The notes: generated by a model not told the origin, from the sequence alone. Positions 13,278 to 26,899 are shown, counted from the stretch's first letter. The stretch: DNA of 64,000 nt from the human T2T-CHM13v2.0 reference genome, Homo sapiens (GCF_009914755.1 NC_060930.1); one strand, 5' to 3'. Translations and numbers: made by a program.

Positions 13278-16200
13278 TCTCTGAAAAAAAGGCAGCAGCC
13301 CCAGTCAGGGGCTTATAGATAAAATCCCCATCTCCCTGGGATGGAGCACATGTGGGAAGGGGCAGCTGTGGGTGCAGCTTCAGCAGACTTAAACGTTCCT
13401 GCCTGCCAGCTCTAAAGAGAGCAGCAGATCTCCCAGCATAGCATTTGAGCTCTGTTAAGGGACTGCCTCCTCAAGTGGGTCCCTGACCACCATGTCTCCT
13501 GACTGGGAGACACCTCCCAGCAGGGGCCGACAGACACCTCATACAGGAGAGCTCCGGCTGGCATCTGGTGGGTGCCCCTCCGGGACGAAGCTTCCAGAGG
13601 AAGGAACAGGGTGCAATCTTTGCTGTTCTGCAGCCTCCACTGGTGATACACAGGCAAACAGGGTCTGGAGTGGACCTCCAACAAACTCCAGCAGACCTGC
13701 AGCAGAGGGGTCTAACTGTCAGAAGGAAAATTAACAAACAGAAAGGAATACCTTCAACATCAATAAAAAGGACATCTACTCAGAAACCCCATGCAAAGTT
13801 CACCAACATCAAAGACCAAAGGTAGATAAATCCACAAAGACTGGGAGAAACCAGCGCAAAAAGGCTGAAAATTCCAAAAACCAGAATATCTCTTCTCCTC
13901 CAAAGGATCACAACTCCTCACCAGCAAGGGAATAAAACTGGATGGAGAATGAGTTTGACAAATTGCCAGAAGTAGGCTTCAGAAGGTGGGTAATAACAAC
14001 TTCCTCCGAGCTAAAGGAGCATGTTCTAACCCAAGGCAAGGAAGCTAAGAACCATTGAAAAAAAGTTAGAGGAAATGCTAACTAGAATAACCAGTTTAGA
14101 GAACATAAATGACCTGATGGAACTGAATAACACAGCAAGAGAACTTCATGAAGCATACACAAGTATCCATAGCCAAATTGATCAAGTGGAAGAACAGATA
14201 TCAGAGATTGAAGATTAACTTAATGAAATAAAGCAAGAAGACAAGATTAGAGAAAAAAGAATGAAAAGGAATGAACAAAGCCTCCAAGAAATATGGGACA
14301 ATGTGAAAAGACCAAACCTATGTTTGATTGGTGTACCTGAAAGTGACCGGGAGAATGGAACCAAGTTGGAAAACACTTCAGGATATAATCCAGGAGAACT
14401 TCCCCAACCTAGCAAGACAGGCCAACATTCAAATTCAGGAAATGCAGAGAACATCACAAAGATGCTCCTCGAGAAGAACAACCCTGAGACACATAATTGT
14501 CAGATTCGCCAAGGTTGAAATGAAGGAAAAAATGTTAAGGGCAGCCAGAGGGAAAGGTCAGGTTACCCACAAAGGGAAACCCATCAGACTAACAGCAGAT
14601 CTCTCTGCAGAAACCCTACAAGCCAGAATAGAGTGGGAGCCAATATACAACATTCTTAAAGAAAAGAATTTTCAACCCAGAATTTCATGTGCAGCCAAAC
14701 TAACCTTCATAAGCAAAGGAGAAATAAAATCCTTTACAGACAAGCAAATGCTGAGAGATTTTATCACTACTAGGCCTGCCTTACAAGAGCTCCTAATGGA
14801 GGCGCTAAACATGGAAAGGAACAACTGGTACCAGCAACTGCAAAAACATATCAAATTCTAAAGACTATCAACACTATAAAGAAATTGCATCAACTAATGG
14901 GCAAAATAACCAGCTAGCATCATAAGGACAGGGTCAGATTCACACATAACAGTATTAACTTGAAATGTAAAGAGGCTAAATGCCCCAGTTAAAAGACACA
15001 GACTGGCAAATTGGATGAAGAGTCAAGACCCATCAGTGTGCTGTATTCAGGAGACCATCTCACAGGCAAAGACACACATAGGCTCAAAATAAAGGGATGG
15101 AGGAATATTTACCAAGCAAACAGAAAGCAAAAAAAAAAAAAAAAAAAAAAAAAGCAGGGATTGCAATCCTAGTCTCTGATAAAACAGACTTAAAACCAAC
15201 AAAGATCAAAAGAGAGAAGGGCATTACATAATGGTAAAGGGATCAATGCAAAAAGAAGAGCTAACTATCCTAAATATATATACACCCAATACAGGAGTGC
15301 CCAGATTCATAAAGCGAGTTCTTAGAGATGTACAAAGAGACGTACACTCAAGCACAATAATAGTGGAAGACTTTAACACCCCACTGTCAATATTAGATCA
15401 ACGAGACAGAAGATTAACAAGGATATTCTGGACTTCAACTCAGCTCTGGACCAAGTGGACCTAATAGACATCTACAGAACTCTCCACCCCAAATCTACAG
15501 AATATACATTCTTCTCAGCACCACATTGCACTTATTCTAAAATTGACCACATAATTAGAAGTAAAACACTCCTCAGCATATGCAAAAGAATGGAAATCTT
15601 AACAAACAGTCTCTCAGACCACAGTGCAATCAAATTAGAACTCAAGATTAAGAAACTCACTCAAAACCGCACAACTACATGGAAACTGAACAGTGTTCTC
15701 CTGAATTACTACAGGGTAAATAATAAAATTAAGGCAGAAATAAATAAGTTCTTGAAACCATTGAGAACAAAGACACAACGTACCAGAATCTCTGGGACAT
15801 AGCTAAAGCAGTGTTTAGAGGGAAATTTATAGCCCTAAATGCCCACAAGAGAAAGCAAGAAAGATCTAAAGTCGACACCCTAGCATCACAATTAAAAGAA
15901 CTAGAGAAGCAAGAGCACACAAATTCAAAAGCTACCAGATGGCAAGAAATAACTAAGATCTGAGTAGAAATGAAGGAGATAGAGACACAAAAAACCCTTC
16001 AAAAAATCAATGAATCCAGAAGCTGGTTTTTTGAAAAGATCAAAAAAATAGACTGCTAGCCAGACTAACAAAGAAGAAAAGAGAGAAGAATCAAATAGAT
16101 GCAATAAAAAATGATAAAGGCGATATCACCACTGATCCCACAGAAATACAAACTACCATCAGAGAATACTCTAAACACCTCTACACAAATAAACTAGAAA

Positions 16201-18961
16201 GTTTAGAAGAAATGGATACATTTCTGGACACATACACCTTCCCAAGACTAAACCAGGAAGAAGTCAAATCCCTGAATAGACTAATAACAAGTTCTGAAAT
16301 TGAGGCAGTAATAGCCTATCAACCAAAAAAAAGCCCAGAACCAGACAGATTCACAGACAAATTCCACCAGAGGTACAAAGCAGAGCTGGTACCATTCTTT
16401 CTGAAACGATTCTAAACAACAGAAAAAGAGGGAGTCCTCTCTAACTCATTTTATGAGGCCAGCATCATCCTGATTCTGAAACCTGGCAGAGACACAACAA
16501 AAAAAGAAAATTTCTGGCCAATATCCCTGGTGAACATCGATGCAAAAAATCCTCAATAAAATACTGGCAAACTGAATCCAGCAGCACATCAAAAAGCTTA
16601 TCTACCATGATCAAGTCAGCTTCATCCCTGGGATGCAAGGCTGGTTCAACATACACAAATCAATAAACATAATCCAGTGCATAAACAGAACCAATGACAA
16701 AAACCACATGATTATCTCAATAGATACAGAAAAGGCCTTCAACAAAATTCAACATCCCTTCATGCTAAAAACTCTCAATAAACTAGGTATTGATGGCACA
16801 TATCTCAAAATAGTAAGAGCTATTTTTTGACAAACCCACAGCCAATATCATACTGAATGGGCAAAAACTGGAAGCATTCCCTTTGAAAACCGGCACAAGA
16901 CAAGGATGCCGTCTCTCACCACTCCTATTCAACACAACATTGGAAGTTCTAGCCAGGGCAATCAGGCAAGAGAAAGAAACAAAAGGTATTCAAATAGGAA
17001 GAGAGGGAGTCAAATTGTCTCTGTTTGCAGATGACATGATTCTACATTTAGAAAACCCCGTTATCTCAGCCCAAAAACTTCACAAGCTGATCAGCAACTT
17101 CAGCAAAGTCTCAGGATACAAAATCTCTGTGCAAAATCATAAGCATTCCTATACACCACTAATAGACAGAGACCCAAATCATGAGTGAACTTCCATTCAC
17201 AACTGCTACAAAGAGAATAAAATACCTAGCAATACAACTTCCAAGGGATATGAAGGACCTCTTGAAGGAGAACTACAAACCACTGCTCAAGGAAATAAGA
17301 GAGGACACAAACAAATGGGAAAACATTCCATGCTCATGGATAGGAAGAATCAATATCGTGAAAATGGCCATAATGCGCAAAGTAATTTACAGATTCAATG
17401 CTATGCCCATCAAGCTACCATTGACTTTCTACACAGAATTAGAAAAAAACTACTTTAAATTTCATATGGAACCAAAAAAGAGCCCACATAGCCAAGACAA
17501 TCCTAAGCAAAAAAAAAAAAAAAAAACAACAACGCTAGAGGCATCACGCTACCTAACTTCAAACTATACTACAAGGCTACAGTAACCACAACAGCATGGT
17601 ACTGGTACCAAAACAGATATATAGACCAATGGAACAGAACAGAGGCCCCAGAAATAATGCCACAGATCTATAACCTTCTGATTGTTGACAAACCTGACAA
17701 AAACAATCAATGGGGAAAAGATTCTCTATTTAATAAATAGTTTTGAGAAAACTGGCTAGCCATATGCAGAAAACTGAAACTGGACCCCTTCCTTACAACT
17801 TATACAAAAATTAACTCAAGTTGGATTAAAGACTTAAACGTAAGACCTAAAACCATAAAAACCCTAGAAGAAAACCTAGGCAAAACCAATCAGGACATAG
17901 GCATGGGCAAAGACTTCATGACTAAAACACCAAAAGCAACGGCAACAGAAGCCAAAATTGATAAATGAGATCTAATTAAACTAAAGAGCTTTTGCACAGC
18001 AAAAGAAACTATCATCAGAGTGAACAGGCAACCTACAGAATGGGAGAAAATTTTTGCAATCTATCCATCTGACAAAGGGCTAATATCCAGAATCTACAAA
18101 GAACTTAAACAAATTTAAAAGAAATAAACAATCCCATCAAAAAGTGGGCGAAGGATATGAACAGACACTTCACAAAAGAAGACATTTATGTGGCCAACAA
18201 ACATGAAAAAATGCTCATCATCACTGGTCATCAGAGAAATGCAAATCAAAACTGCAATGAGATACCATCTCATGCCAGTTAGAATGATAATCCTTAAAAA
18301 GTCAGGAAACAACAGATGCTGGAGAGGATGTGGAGAAATAGGAATGCTTTTCCACTGTTGGTGGGAGTGTAAATTAGTTCAACCATTGTGGAAGACAGTG
18401 TGGCGATTCCTCAAGGATCTAGAACCAGAAATATCATTTGACCCAGCAATCCCATTACTGGGTTGTACCCAAAGGATTATACATCATGCTACTCTAAAGA
18501 CACATGCACACGTATGTTTATTGTGGCATTGTTCACAATAGCAAAGACTTGGAACCAACCCAAATGCCCACCAATGATAGACTGGGTAAAGAATATGTGG
18601 CACATATACACCATGGAATACTATGCAGCCATTAAAAAGGATGAGTTCATGTCCTTTGCAGGGACATGGAAGAAGCTGGAAACCATCATTCTCAGCAAAC
18701 TAACACAAGAACAGAAACCAAACACTGCATGTTCTCACTCATAAGTGGGAGTTGAACAATGAGAACACATGGACACAGGGAGGGAAATATCACACACCAG
18801 GGCCTGTTTTGGGGGGGTGGGGTGCTAGGGGAGAGATGGCATTAGTAGAAGTCCCTAATGTAAATAACAGGTTGGTGGGCACAGCAAACCACCATGGCAT
18901 GTGTATACCTATGTAACCTGCATTTTCTGCACATGGACTCCAGAACTTTAAGTATAATTTT
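13278..18961 (+). mobile_element. Near-full-length L1PA7-like LINE-1, truncated within its 5' UTR, sense to PRIM2 in the last intron; ORF1 and ORF2 disrupted
   Basis: ORF1 remnants (QENFPNLARQANIQIQE), endonuclease, RT (LFADDM) and C-terminal remnants. Both start codons appear mutated, with many stops and frameshifts. TSD aaaaagattaatta (13264-13277) / aaaaatattaatta (18962-18975). Confidence 0.95.
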
Positions 18962-21594
18962 AAAAATATTAATTAAAATGAGGATTCATTAATGATATGC
19001 ACATACCTTAAATATTATATCTTAAAGTTAAGATATTTAAATGCCATTTATTAGTTAGAGCAGGGTCTTTTGAGTATCGTTTAGTGTTTGGAATTTGATT
19101 TTATCTTTCTTTTATAAACTATACCCATAATACAGCATCAGCAATTTCCAGTTTGGATTCCTTAAAGTAGAAAAGGAACTTGATATATGCAAAGCAATAG
19201 GATCTTTCTCCCTCTCCTTCTGTGACTTCCACCTTTTTTTTTAAGTGACTTGCTTTTCTTGACTCTTTAAAAACATTTTATTTAGATTTCATAGAACAAC
19301 TCTTTTTATTTACATTCATTTTTATTTACTTTTCTCGTAGCAACCCTATGACCTAACACTGTTATCTCCATTTCATAGATGGAGAAACTCAGACTTTAAA
19401 AAGATTTTGTGCACATTGAAGTCTAATAAATGTATTGATAACTGACAACTTGAAGCGAGGTACAGAAAATGCCAAGATATTATTATAGCATAAGATACTA
19501 GGTTATTTTTGCATGAAATAATACAACTATGTTTTTATAATCTTTGTAGCCAAGTTTATCTCTAGAAATAAAATTTATAATGGAGATATCATTATCAGTA
19601 TGATTTTGCATACAATCTCTTAAAACAGATTTCAGAGCAACTAATGATCTAGTCAGAAGGCCTGAATTTTAATTCAGACAAAACCAGTTACTAATTCTAT
19701 GACCTTGAATAAACTATCTATTCTCCTTAGGCCTCTGTACATGGAGGAGATTGAATTTAATGGATTCCCCAAGGTCTTTCTAATCTCTGATTTTCTGTTT
19801 ACAAACTATTTTACAAACTATAAAGCCTTCTGATTAAAATGTATTAGACAATAAGCATACTTTTTGTGAAACACATTGCAAAATGCAAAATTATATTGGA
19901 TTTCCCAGTTTTTAATGAGTTGGGTGAAAATTGAATGTAATAAAAAAGTTCATAATAAAAAAGTTCATAAATGATTCCATTGTTAATAAAAATTATAAAT
20001 ATAAAACATTTCAGAAACATTTTGAAATCAAGCAGCTAAGTTAAAAAAATAAAGCAAAGATAAAAATTTGTTCTTAATGATCTATAACTCTTAAAATCAG
20101 TCTGTATACTATCCATCTGTTACACACTGGAATTACTATAAAATTACCCTAACATATATTAACAACTAGCAAAAGAGAATCAGAGATTCCTAGGGTGCTT
20201 AAATAAGTATTACCAGAAAAGACTCATGTTTCTGTCTGTTGGTCCGTCCACCAATAGGGTTCATTCTAGACCATGGCAGCAACCCCTTTTTCCCTGGCCA
20301 ATTCATTTTAATCTACTATAAGATTATACATAGCTTTAATCACACCACGTCTCTTTTTAAGGGTTTTTGGTGACTCTGTTGCCTAGAGAATTAGGTCTTG
20401 ACCACTTACCCTGATTTTCAAGGCTCTCTCAGGCTGGCCCCTGCCTGTCTTTCCAACCTCATTCCTTATTGTTTCCTTGTATGTGCCTTTCATAGTAGGC
20501 TATGTGAACTATTTAATATTTGCTTTCCCAGGACATTCCCTCTTTACCTTGCTCATGTGGTCCTGCTGCAAATATTGCCTTTCCCCTCATCATCCCAGCT
20601 TTTCACTCTCTCCATCTTTCCAGACGCAACTCAAATAGCACTCCTCTTACAAAGCCTTCCTTGATCTCCTTAGCCGAAATTTCTCTTTACTGTGGAGTGT
20701 AATAGGCCTTTATCTGTGACCCTCATCAGTTCTCCATTCTTGGTAGAGGTTTTTAAGTCTGACTTACTGGGTTGGAAATTTGAGTTAGTCAAATGTATTC
20801 CTGTATGCTGAATAGCGAATAGTTTATAACACAGTCTTTTATATAGTAAGGCTTTAATTAAATATGCAAAATTATCACTGGTATACACTATTTCTGGGTT
20901 CACTTCACCAAATATTTATTAGATACCTACAGTGTGCAAGTCACTTCAGTACGAAGGGTGAGACGTAAAAGGATTAGTTAATACAAGACAGATGAACAAA
21001 AGAAATGGAATCACTTCTCAGTTTCCAAAAACTTGATAAATGAAAATACCACCAAAGAAACCAACAGTCACTCACTCAAGCAAAATGATATTTTTGTTGT
21101 CAACTCCAACTGCAGAAGGCGAGAAGGCAGGGATTTGAGACTGTGGGAAGTGAAACTGAATATAAGGAGAGATTACTAGAGTGCATAATTTGAAATGATA
21201 CTCAAAACTAAAGTTTAATGATAGTATTTGAGAAAAAATAACATAAGTTATGAACCAGGCATGTTTGTATTCGGTCACAGTGAAATTTACAAGAAGAGAT
21301 TTTCTGTAAAAAGACCAAGGAAAGGCCAAGATTAGAATGAACAATTACATTGACTTAGGTTGCTTTTTCAGTTTATATCATACTAAATGAGTGCACATGC
21401 CAGACTTACAAGTCAGCTCTAAAACACAAGTGGTATCAGGGACCAGTATCAAAATGATCAAAAATGATTTTACGATCACTTAAAAACCCACAAATATTTA
21501 TTGGCCTACAATGTGGTAGGCCTTTTGCTTGGAACTGGGGATACAATAATGAATCACACAGGTCCCTAACCTGTGCCTAATATACAATGTCATT

Positions 21595-21622
21595 CACACA
21601 CATACACACACACACACACACA
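21595..21622. repeat. (CA)n microsatellite
   Basis: Read directly. Confidence 0.9.
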
Positions 21623-22180
21623 GGTTTGTATTCCAAACATATTTTTATAGTTTTCTAATTTTTTGTTTTGACGTAATTGTCAAGCAGAATTGGTAATGTT
21701 TTGGGTATTGCCAGAATTGAGGGCTTGGTGTAGATGGGAGGTGGCAGGTGGGAGTTGGGGGCTGGGGAGGTGAGAGAAAGGTGTCTAGTATGCCCCAAGG
21801 ATGAATGGTGATACCAGTCACTGAGAGCAAAGGATGGGGAGAGGGGAAAGGATACGTTTCCTGTTGGGTTTGAGCTGCCTTTGAGCCATCTTAGATGTTG
21901 AGTAGGTGTTGGATATGGGACTGAAACTAGATAGGGAACTGGAGCCAAACACAGAGGCTCAGACTAGAAATATAAATGTGGGAGCCATTTAGGTTTGGGT
22001 AGTGGTTGAAGCTCTCTTTGAATGAAATGGTGTAAGTAGCTGATTAAGCGTTAGAATGCAAACAGCTAGAATCCATGTTTCAGGTATTAAGTTTTAAACA
22101 AGTACTAAAACAGCTTTTGAAACTCATATATTTATAGCTTTGCCATGTATTAATGCAATATAAATTTCCTTCCTTTACAG

Positions 22181-22411
22181 GTGGGTGATTGTGGCTTTTC
22201 TTTGAATCATCCTAATCATTTCTTTTGTGAGAGCCAACGTATTCTAAATGGTGGTAAAGACATAAAGAAGGAATCTATCCAACCAGAAACTCCTCAACCC
22301 AAACCAAGTGTCCAGAAAACCAAGGATGCATCATCTGCTCTGGCCTCTTTAAATTCCTCTCTGGAAATGGATATGGAAGGACTAGAGGATTACTTTAGTG
22401 AAGATTCTTAG
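22181..22411 (+). CDS. PRIM2: PRIM2 last coding exon, [20 protein letters not shown]...[12 protein letters not shown] (canonical gene or its segmental-duplication copy)
   Basis: Acceptor ttccttcctttacag|GTG; 76 codons ending in TAG at 22409-22411; matches the recalled C-terminus of human p58 (residues 434-509) apart from three residues. Confidence 0.95.
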
Positions 22412-22469
22412 GCAGTTTTGTAACCCTTTTTCCTCAATAGCCTGTTTCCTGTTTTTAAGATTTTGCCTT

Positions 22470-22752
22470 TGTTGTTGAAAAAGTGTTGCACTCTGTTGTG
22501 TAATTGTGACACAATTACAGCTGATTGCAGCCTCAACCTTCCCAGCTCAAGTGATCCTCCTACCTCAGCCTCCCAAGTAGTTGGGACCACAGGTGTGCAC
22601 CCCATATCCAGCTATTTTTTTTCAATTTTTTTTGTAGAGGGGGGGTCTCCCTATGTTGCCCAGGCAGATCTCAGACTGCTGGGCTCAAGCGATCCTCACA
22701 CCTCAGCCTCCCAGAGTGCTGGGATTACAGTTGTGAGCCACTGTGCCTGGCC
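22470..22752 (-). mobile_element. Antisense AluJ-like element in the PRIM2 3' UTR
   Basis: ctgattgcagcctcaacc...caagtgatcctcc...gagccactgtgcctggcc. Confidence 0.9.
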
Positions 22753-23067
22753 TTTCTTTTTTTAACCTTTTTGTTTAACTTCTCTCTTCACTGCATCCCA
22801 ATCCATCTACAGGCATGCACACTTATTAGGAAAGCAGGTTTGAGGTAACGAGACTTTCACTATATTTTGCTTTGACAGAAGGAAAGAGGAAGAGTTTCTA
22901 TTAAAATCTGTCACTTGAGTGATGTCATTCAAGTCCTATTTTAGGAGATAAAAACACCTTTGGGGACTGGTTAAAGTCCCCCAGAAACTACAATAAAGAA
23001 CAACTTTTGTTTTAACTCTTAATCATTTTGTAATTTTGACTCAATCCTTTTCTGGACCATTTTTGTT

Positions 23068-23073
23068 AATAAA
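23068..23073 (+). terminator. Candidate main polyadenylation signal AATAAA (alternative proximal signal at 22992-22997)
   Basis: Canonical hexamer with T-rich upstream sequence, about 660 nt after the stop codon. Confidence 0.65.
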
Positions 23074-26000
23074 TATCAAAGTGTACATGACAGTGTCTGC
23101 GTATAATTGGGAGAGTCTTATGTCGTAACAGATTGGATATTACTTCAGTTTTAAAGTGGTAATTTGGAGTATCCAACACACTGCTGATCACTAATGAAGA
23201 TTTTAAACTTTTCTTTAACTTTTTTTAAGAGTTGACCTATTTGTGGTTATTCTACATCAGGCACCAGACTCTCCTGAGTGAACTGTGACTTGGGAATTAA
23301 AATAAAGTATAGCCAGTTATATTTATTAAGGAATAATAGGGATATTTTATTATGTAAAATAATGGCACGTCTTATCTGCTGCCATTACTCTGGGGACAGG
23401 TTCATGAAGAATAGACAATTACCAAGCAAGAAGATTGTACATATAAAATAAAGTGTTTATTTTACCCTCTAACTTCCATACCTTATTACTTCTGTAGTTG
23501 CTGTGAATTACCAAATAGATTTGGTAAATTAATTAACTTCAGCAATGAATAGTGATACTTATAGTAACCCCCTCGTTTCAGTGCCAGCAATGGAATTTAA
23601 TAAATGTTGTGGATGATTACAGACATACGAGATCAATGCCCTGTTCTCTCTGCCTGCGTTTGTCAAGGGAGTAAGGTGAAGTTGATGATCCCTGGCACGT
23701 ATGCCTTGTGGAGCAATGCCATTGTGGATACCCTCATCTAAATAGTGATTTCCTCCTGGGGCTCTACTCACTCACCAATAGGATTTGGGGTGCTCAGGAA
23801 ACCCTGTTTGAAACATAGTTCTTCCTCATCTATTACCTTGTAATGTGTGAAAAGTATTAGTCTATTTCTGTCTTCTTTTCCTGGTAAAGAGGGATACTTT
23901 TATCCTTTTGAATCAGATACTAACTAAATTGAAAAGAGCACATTGTATTCAGAAAACTAGACTGTTAGCAGGACCGTATTTTTAATCGTGATAAACTGCA
24001 TCACGATGAAAAGGATTAAACAGGATCAGATCATCAGAAACTAAAAATGTCAACTAATTGAGTTTTCATTTTAGGCTTCTGAGTCAAAGATTTCTTGGAA
24101 TATTTAGCAACATATAATTAAAGGAGATACTATCTAAACTTTTACTTGTCTTGGTGAATTATTATTACCTAGTTCAGAAAATAGTATTATTCCACTACAA
24201 ATTACCCCTATAAATCTCTGCCTTCTGAAACCATCTGCTACTCCCTTCATCATTTGTTGTTCTCAACAGGAATCTGATGATTGCCTACCACTTTATCCAT
24301 GGACTGCAAAACCACAAGTCCTTTAAAAAAAAATAATAAGAAGAACAAGTGCTACCTGGAGCTGTTTTAACCACAGAATTAAGTTAGCTTTAGAAAGCCG
24401 AGCATAGAAATGTAGGTCTTCGTTGTGTTAAAAGGGAGATATTAGAAGCACTCTTGCCACTGTAGTTCAATGAGAAATTTTCTGATAGAATGTTTTGTAT
24501 CTGGCAGCATTTTGCAAGGCTGTCTTTTTCTACTGCTTCATGTTCTCCTTCTTTTATGAAGCCTGTGCTCCCACCAGCTAAAAGGACAGAGTCATTAATG
24601 GCATGGTAGATGCAGCTTACTGGACTGTTTATTTTATACTGGCAGCCCCAGGAATTTGTGTCATCTTACTTGAATGTTTTATATGTGTCTAATTGAACTC
24701 CAAAATAACACTAGTTTAAATATTAGTTGTATTACAGGTTCAACTCAATTTATTCATAATAAGGTTTGATCTCCTGTCATGTATTATACAGAAGAATATA
24801 TAAACATTCTGTGAAATCTATAGATTAGAGGATAGGGGATAGAGGTTTATAAAAGAAGATCAAAATTAATGCTTTTCTGGTGCTTTTTGGAGTTGGAAAA
24901 AGCAATTTATTTTTCACGCTTCACAGGTCTTGACAATTTTGATTTGTTTTCTTTGAGAGCAGACCTGTTTGATCTGGGTGATGTAAAGAACCCAAAAGAA
25001 AAAATCAAAAGCCAACAGCCTCTTTTCAAAACCGTAGCCAGTGAAAAAGATTATGAGTCTTCCAGATCTTTTAACTGTTAGTCTTTTATTATCTCTTCAA
25101 GGAAGAGAGGCTGTATGATTGTATCAAAGACAAAAGAAGAAACAGCAAAAGAAAGAAACTAGGTTGGAAATTTGTAGCTGGTTGAAGCAATGACATTGTT
25201 AGGAGAAATTCTGTCATATTTCTTTCAAGTTGTTTTTCCATAATGTTTTTCACTCTGTCCATACAGTAAAAAACTTAATTGCCATGTGCATAAAAGAACA
25301 CTAGGAAGGTTTTAAGTAAACTTTTTAGGACTGCTTATAATATTATAGAGTCATAAAAGTGAATAGCTATAGATTTCAAATGAGCTGGGAATGGAATAAA
25401 GCAATGGGAAAGATCTTTAATTCACATAGAATTTTAATAAGCTAAGGGATTTCTTCTCTCTCTAAAAACATGCCGGGTGTTTTGCTTGTTACACTTTGCT
25501 GTCTTATTGATACTCAGGGTCTTTGCAAGCAAACTTCTGTAATTCTTTACAAAGAAGAGAAGAAAACTTCTGGGATTTAAGCTTGAAAGGCGAAATGAGA
25601 CAACTCTAAAGTTCTGTTTCAGTTAGAGTCTACTCTTTGCAAATTTAATCAAGGTCTTCCATAGGCATCAGCTTGACATTAAATTTAAGTGCCCATTAAA
25701 GTGAGAGTTTGACAGCAGTTCTGAATGTGAAGCTCAGTCTGAGGACATCTTTACAGCTGGAAGGGAAAAAAAAAAAAACGTTGAGAAGCCTCAAACCACT
25801 GTGGTAATTAGATCCATTTGTTAACTTCTTTTTTAATGTTGGCAAAGGGAGGGAGAGAAAAGGTTGACAGAGGCTGGAATCAGGAAGGCAGTCCAGAGCT
25901 CCCTGTAGAAATCGGGTAAGTATGGGTCCTGTATTGCAGAGAATACTGGCAGATATTCCCTCTGACAAATGAGTGAGATGGGGAAGTTATTTTATGAACT

Positions 26001-26899
26001 TCATTCAGTTTGTCTTCCTTTCAACACACAGAGCCACGGTGTGTGGAAGCTGCGTTTTGGATAGGTGTGCTGGTTTGGTCGTAAGGCCCTTTGGAAGACA
26101 CAGAGCGTTATTTGGGAGTGGACCTCTGGTGGTACGTTGTTGGCCTGAAGAGTTAATGTTTCTCACAAGGGTATCTAACTTATATTCAGGTAATCACTTA
26201 TTTACCCAAAGCATCTGGTATTTTCAGTATTGAATTCCTTTCTCACAGGTCGCGATTGCCCTAGTCTAAGGCTTCTCACCATAATTGGCATTGTAGGCAA
26301 TTAGCTTCATGGAAATCATGTCGCCGGTAGGAAATTATCTTCCTACTTCACTGACCTGCCTGCCAAAAATGATACTAGTTCTTGTTATTGGTTTGCTTTC
26401 TATCCTGTAAGCTCTTTTTGTTCATTGCTTCATGACATTTTACTTTTTCCAGAATTATCACTGTAGAACCTTATCAGAGGCTAAAGAATATGTCTTTATA
26501 TAAAGCTCCTGCATTTCCCTTGAGCTTTCCATTGCAGTACTGTTTTTGAACATTGATGACAAGGTAGTGAAACACTGCTAATAAATATATAATGGGTTTT
26601 TCAATTTAACCTTGCATTTCTAGGTATTCATTCACCACACTGAAACTATGAGGCTTTTTAAGGTTTTGTTTAGTTTTGCACTGAAAGCACAGGGAAAAAT
26701 AAATTCAACAAATACTGCATTTAAGACTGACCATCTTGTGAGTATTTCCCCGATTACTCCCACACATTTTTTTAAGAGATCTTACCTTCTATTTGAGTCA
26801 TGGGATACCAAGGTCTTCATTACTGATTAAAAATGACATAGTGATACATACTTCTCTTTTCCCTTTCATTGGCAAGAATTAAACTGTGATTTAAACAAT

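Larger units (their letters stand above)
22412..23090 (+). other. PRIM2: PRIM2 3' UTR (3' end approximate)
   Basis: Follows the stop codon; AATAAA at 22992-22997 and 23068-23073, the latter followed by a GT-containing downstream stretch. Confidence 0.75.

Noticed and set aside
13400-18750. Many ORFs with endonuclease and RT similarity as an active retroelement or new system
   Set aside because: Fragments of a dead L1 with mutated starts, stops and frameshifts; the same holds for 57700-62600.
22181-22411. Standalone 76-aa ORF starting at GTG
   Set aside because: The GTG directly follows a splice acceptor; it is the last exon of PRIM2.
23680-23760. TGATGA box-C-like motif suggesting a snoRNA
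   Set aside because: No properly placed CTGA D box or terminal stem, and it lies downstream of the poly(A) site rather than in an intron.
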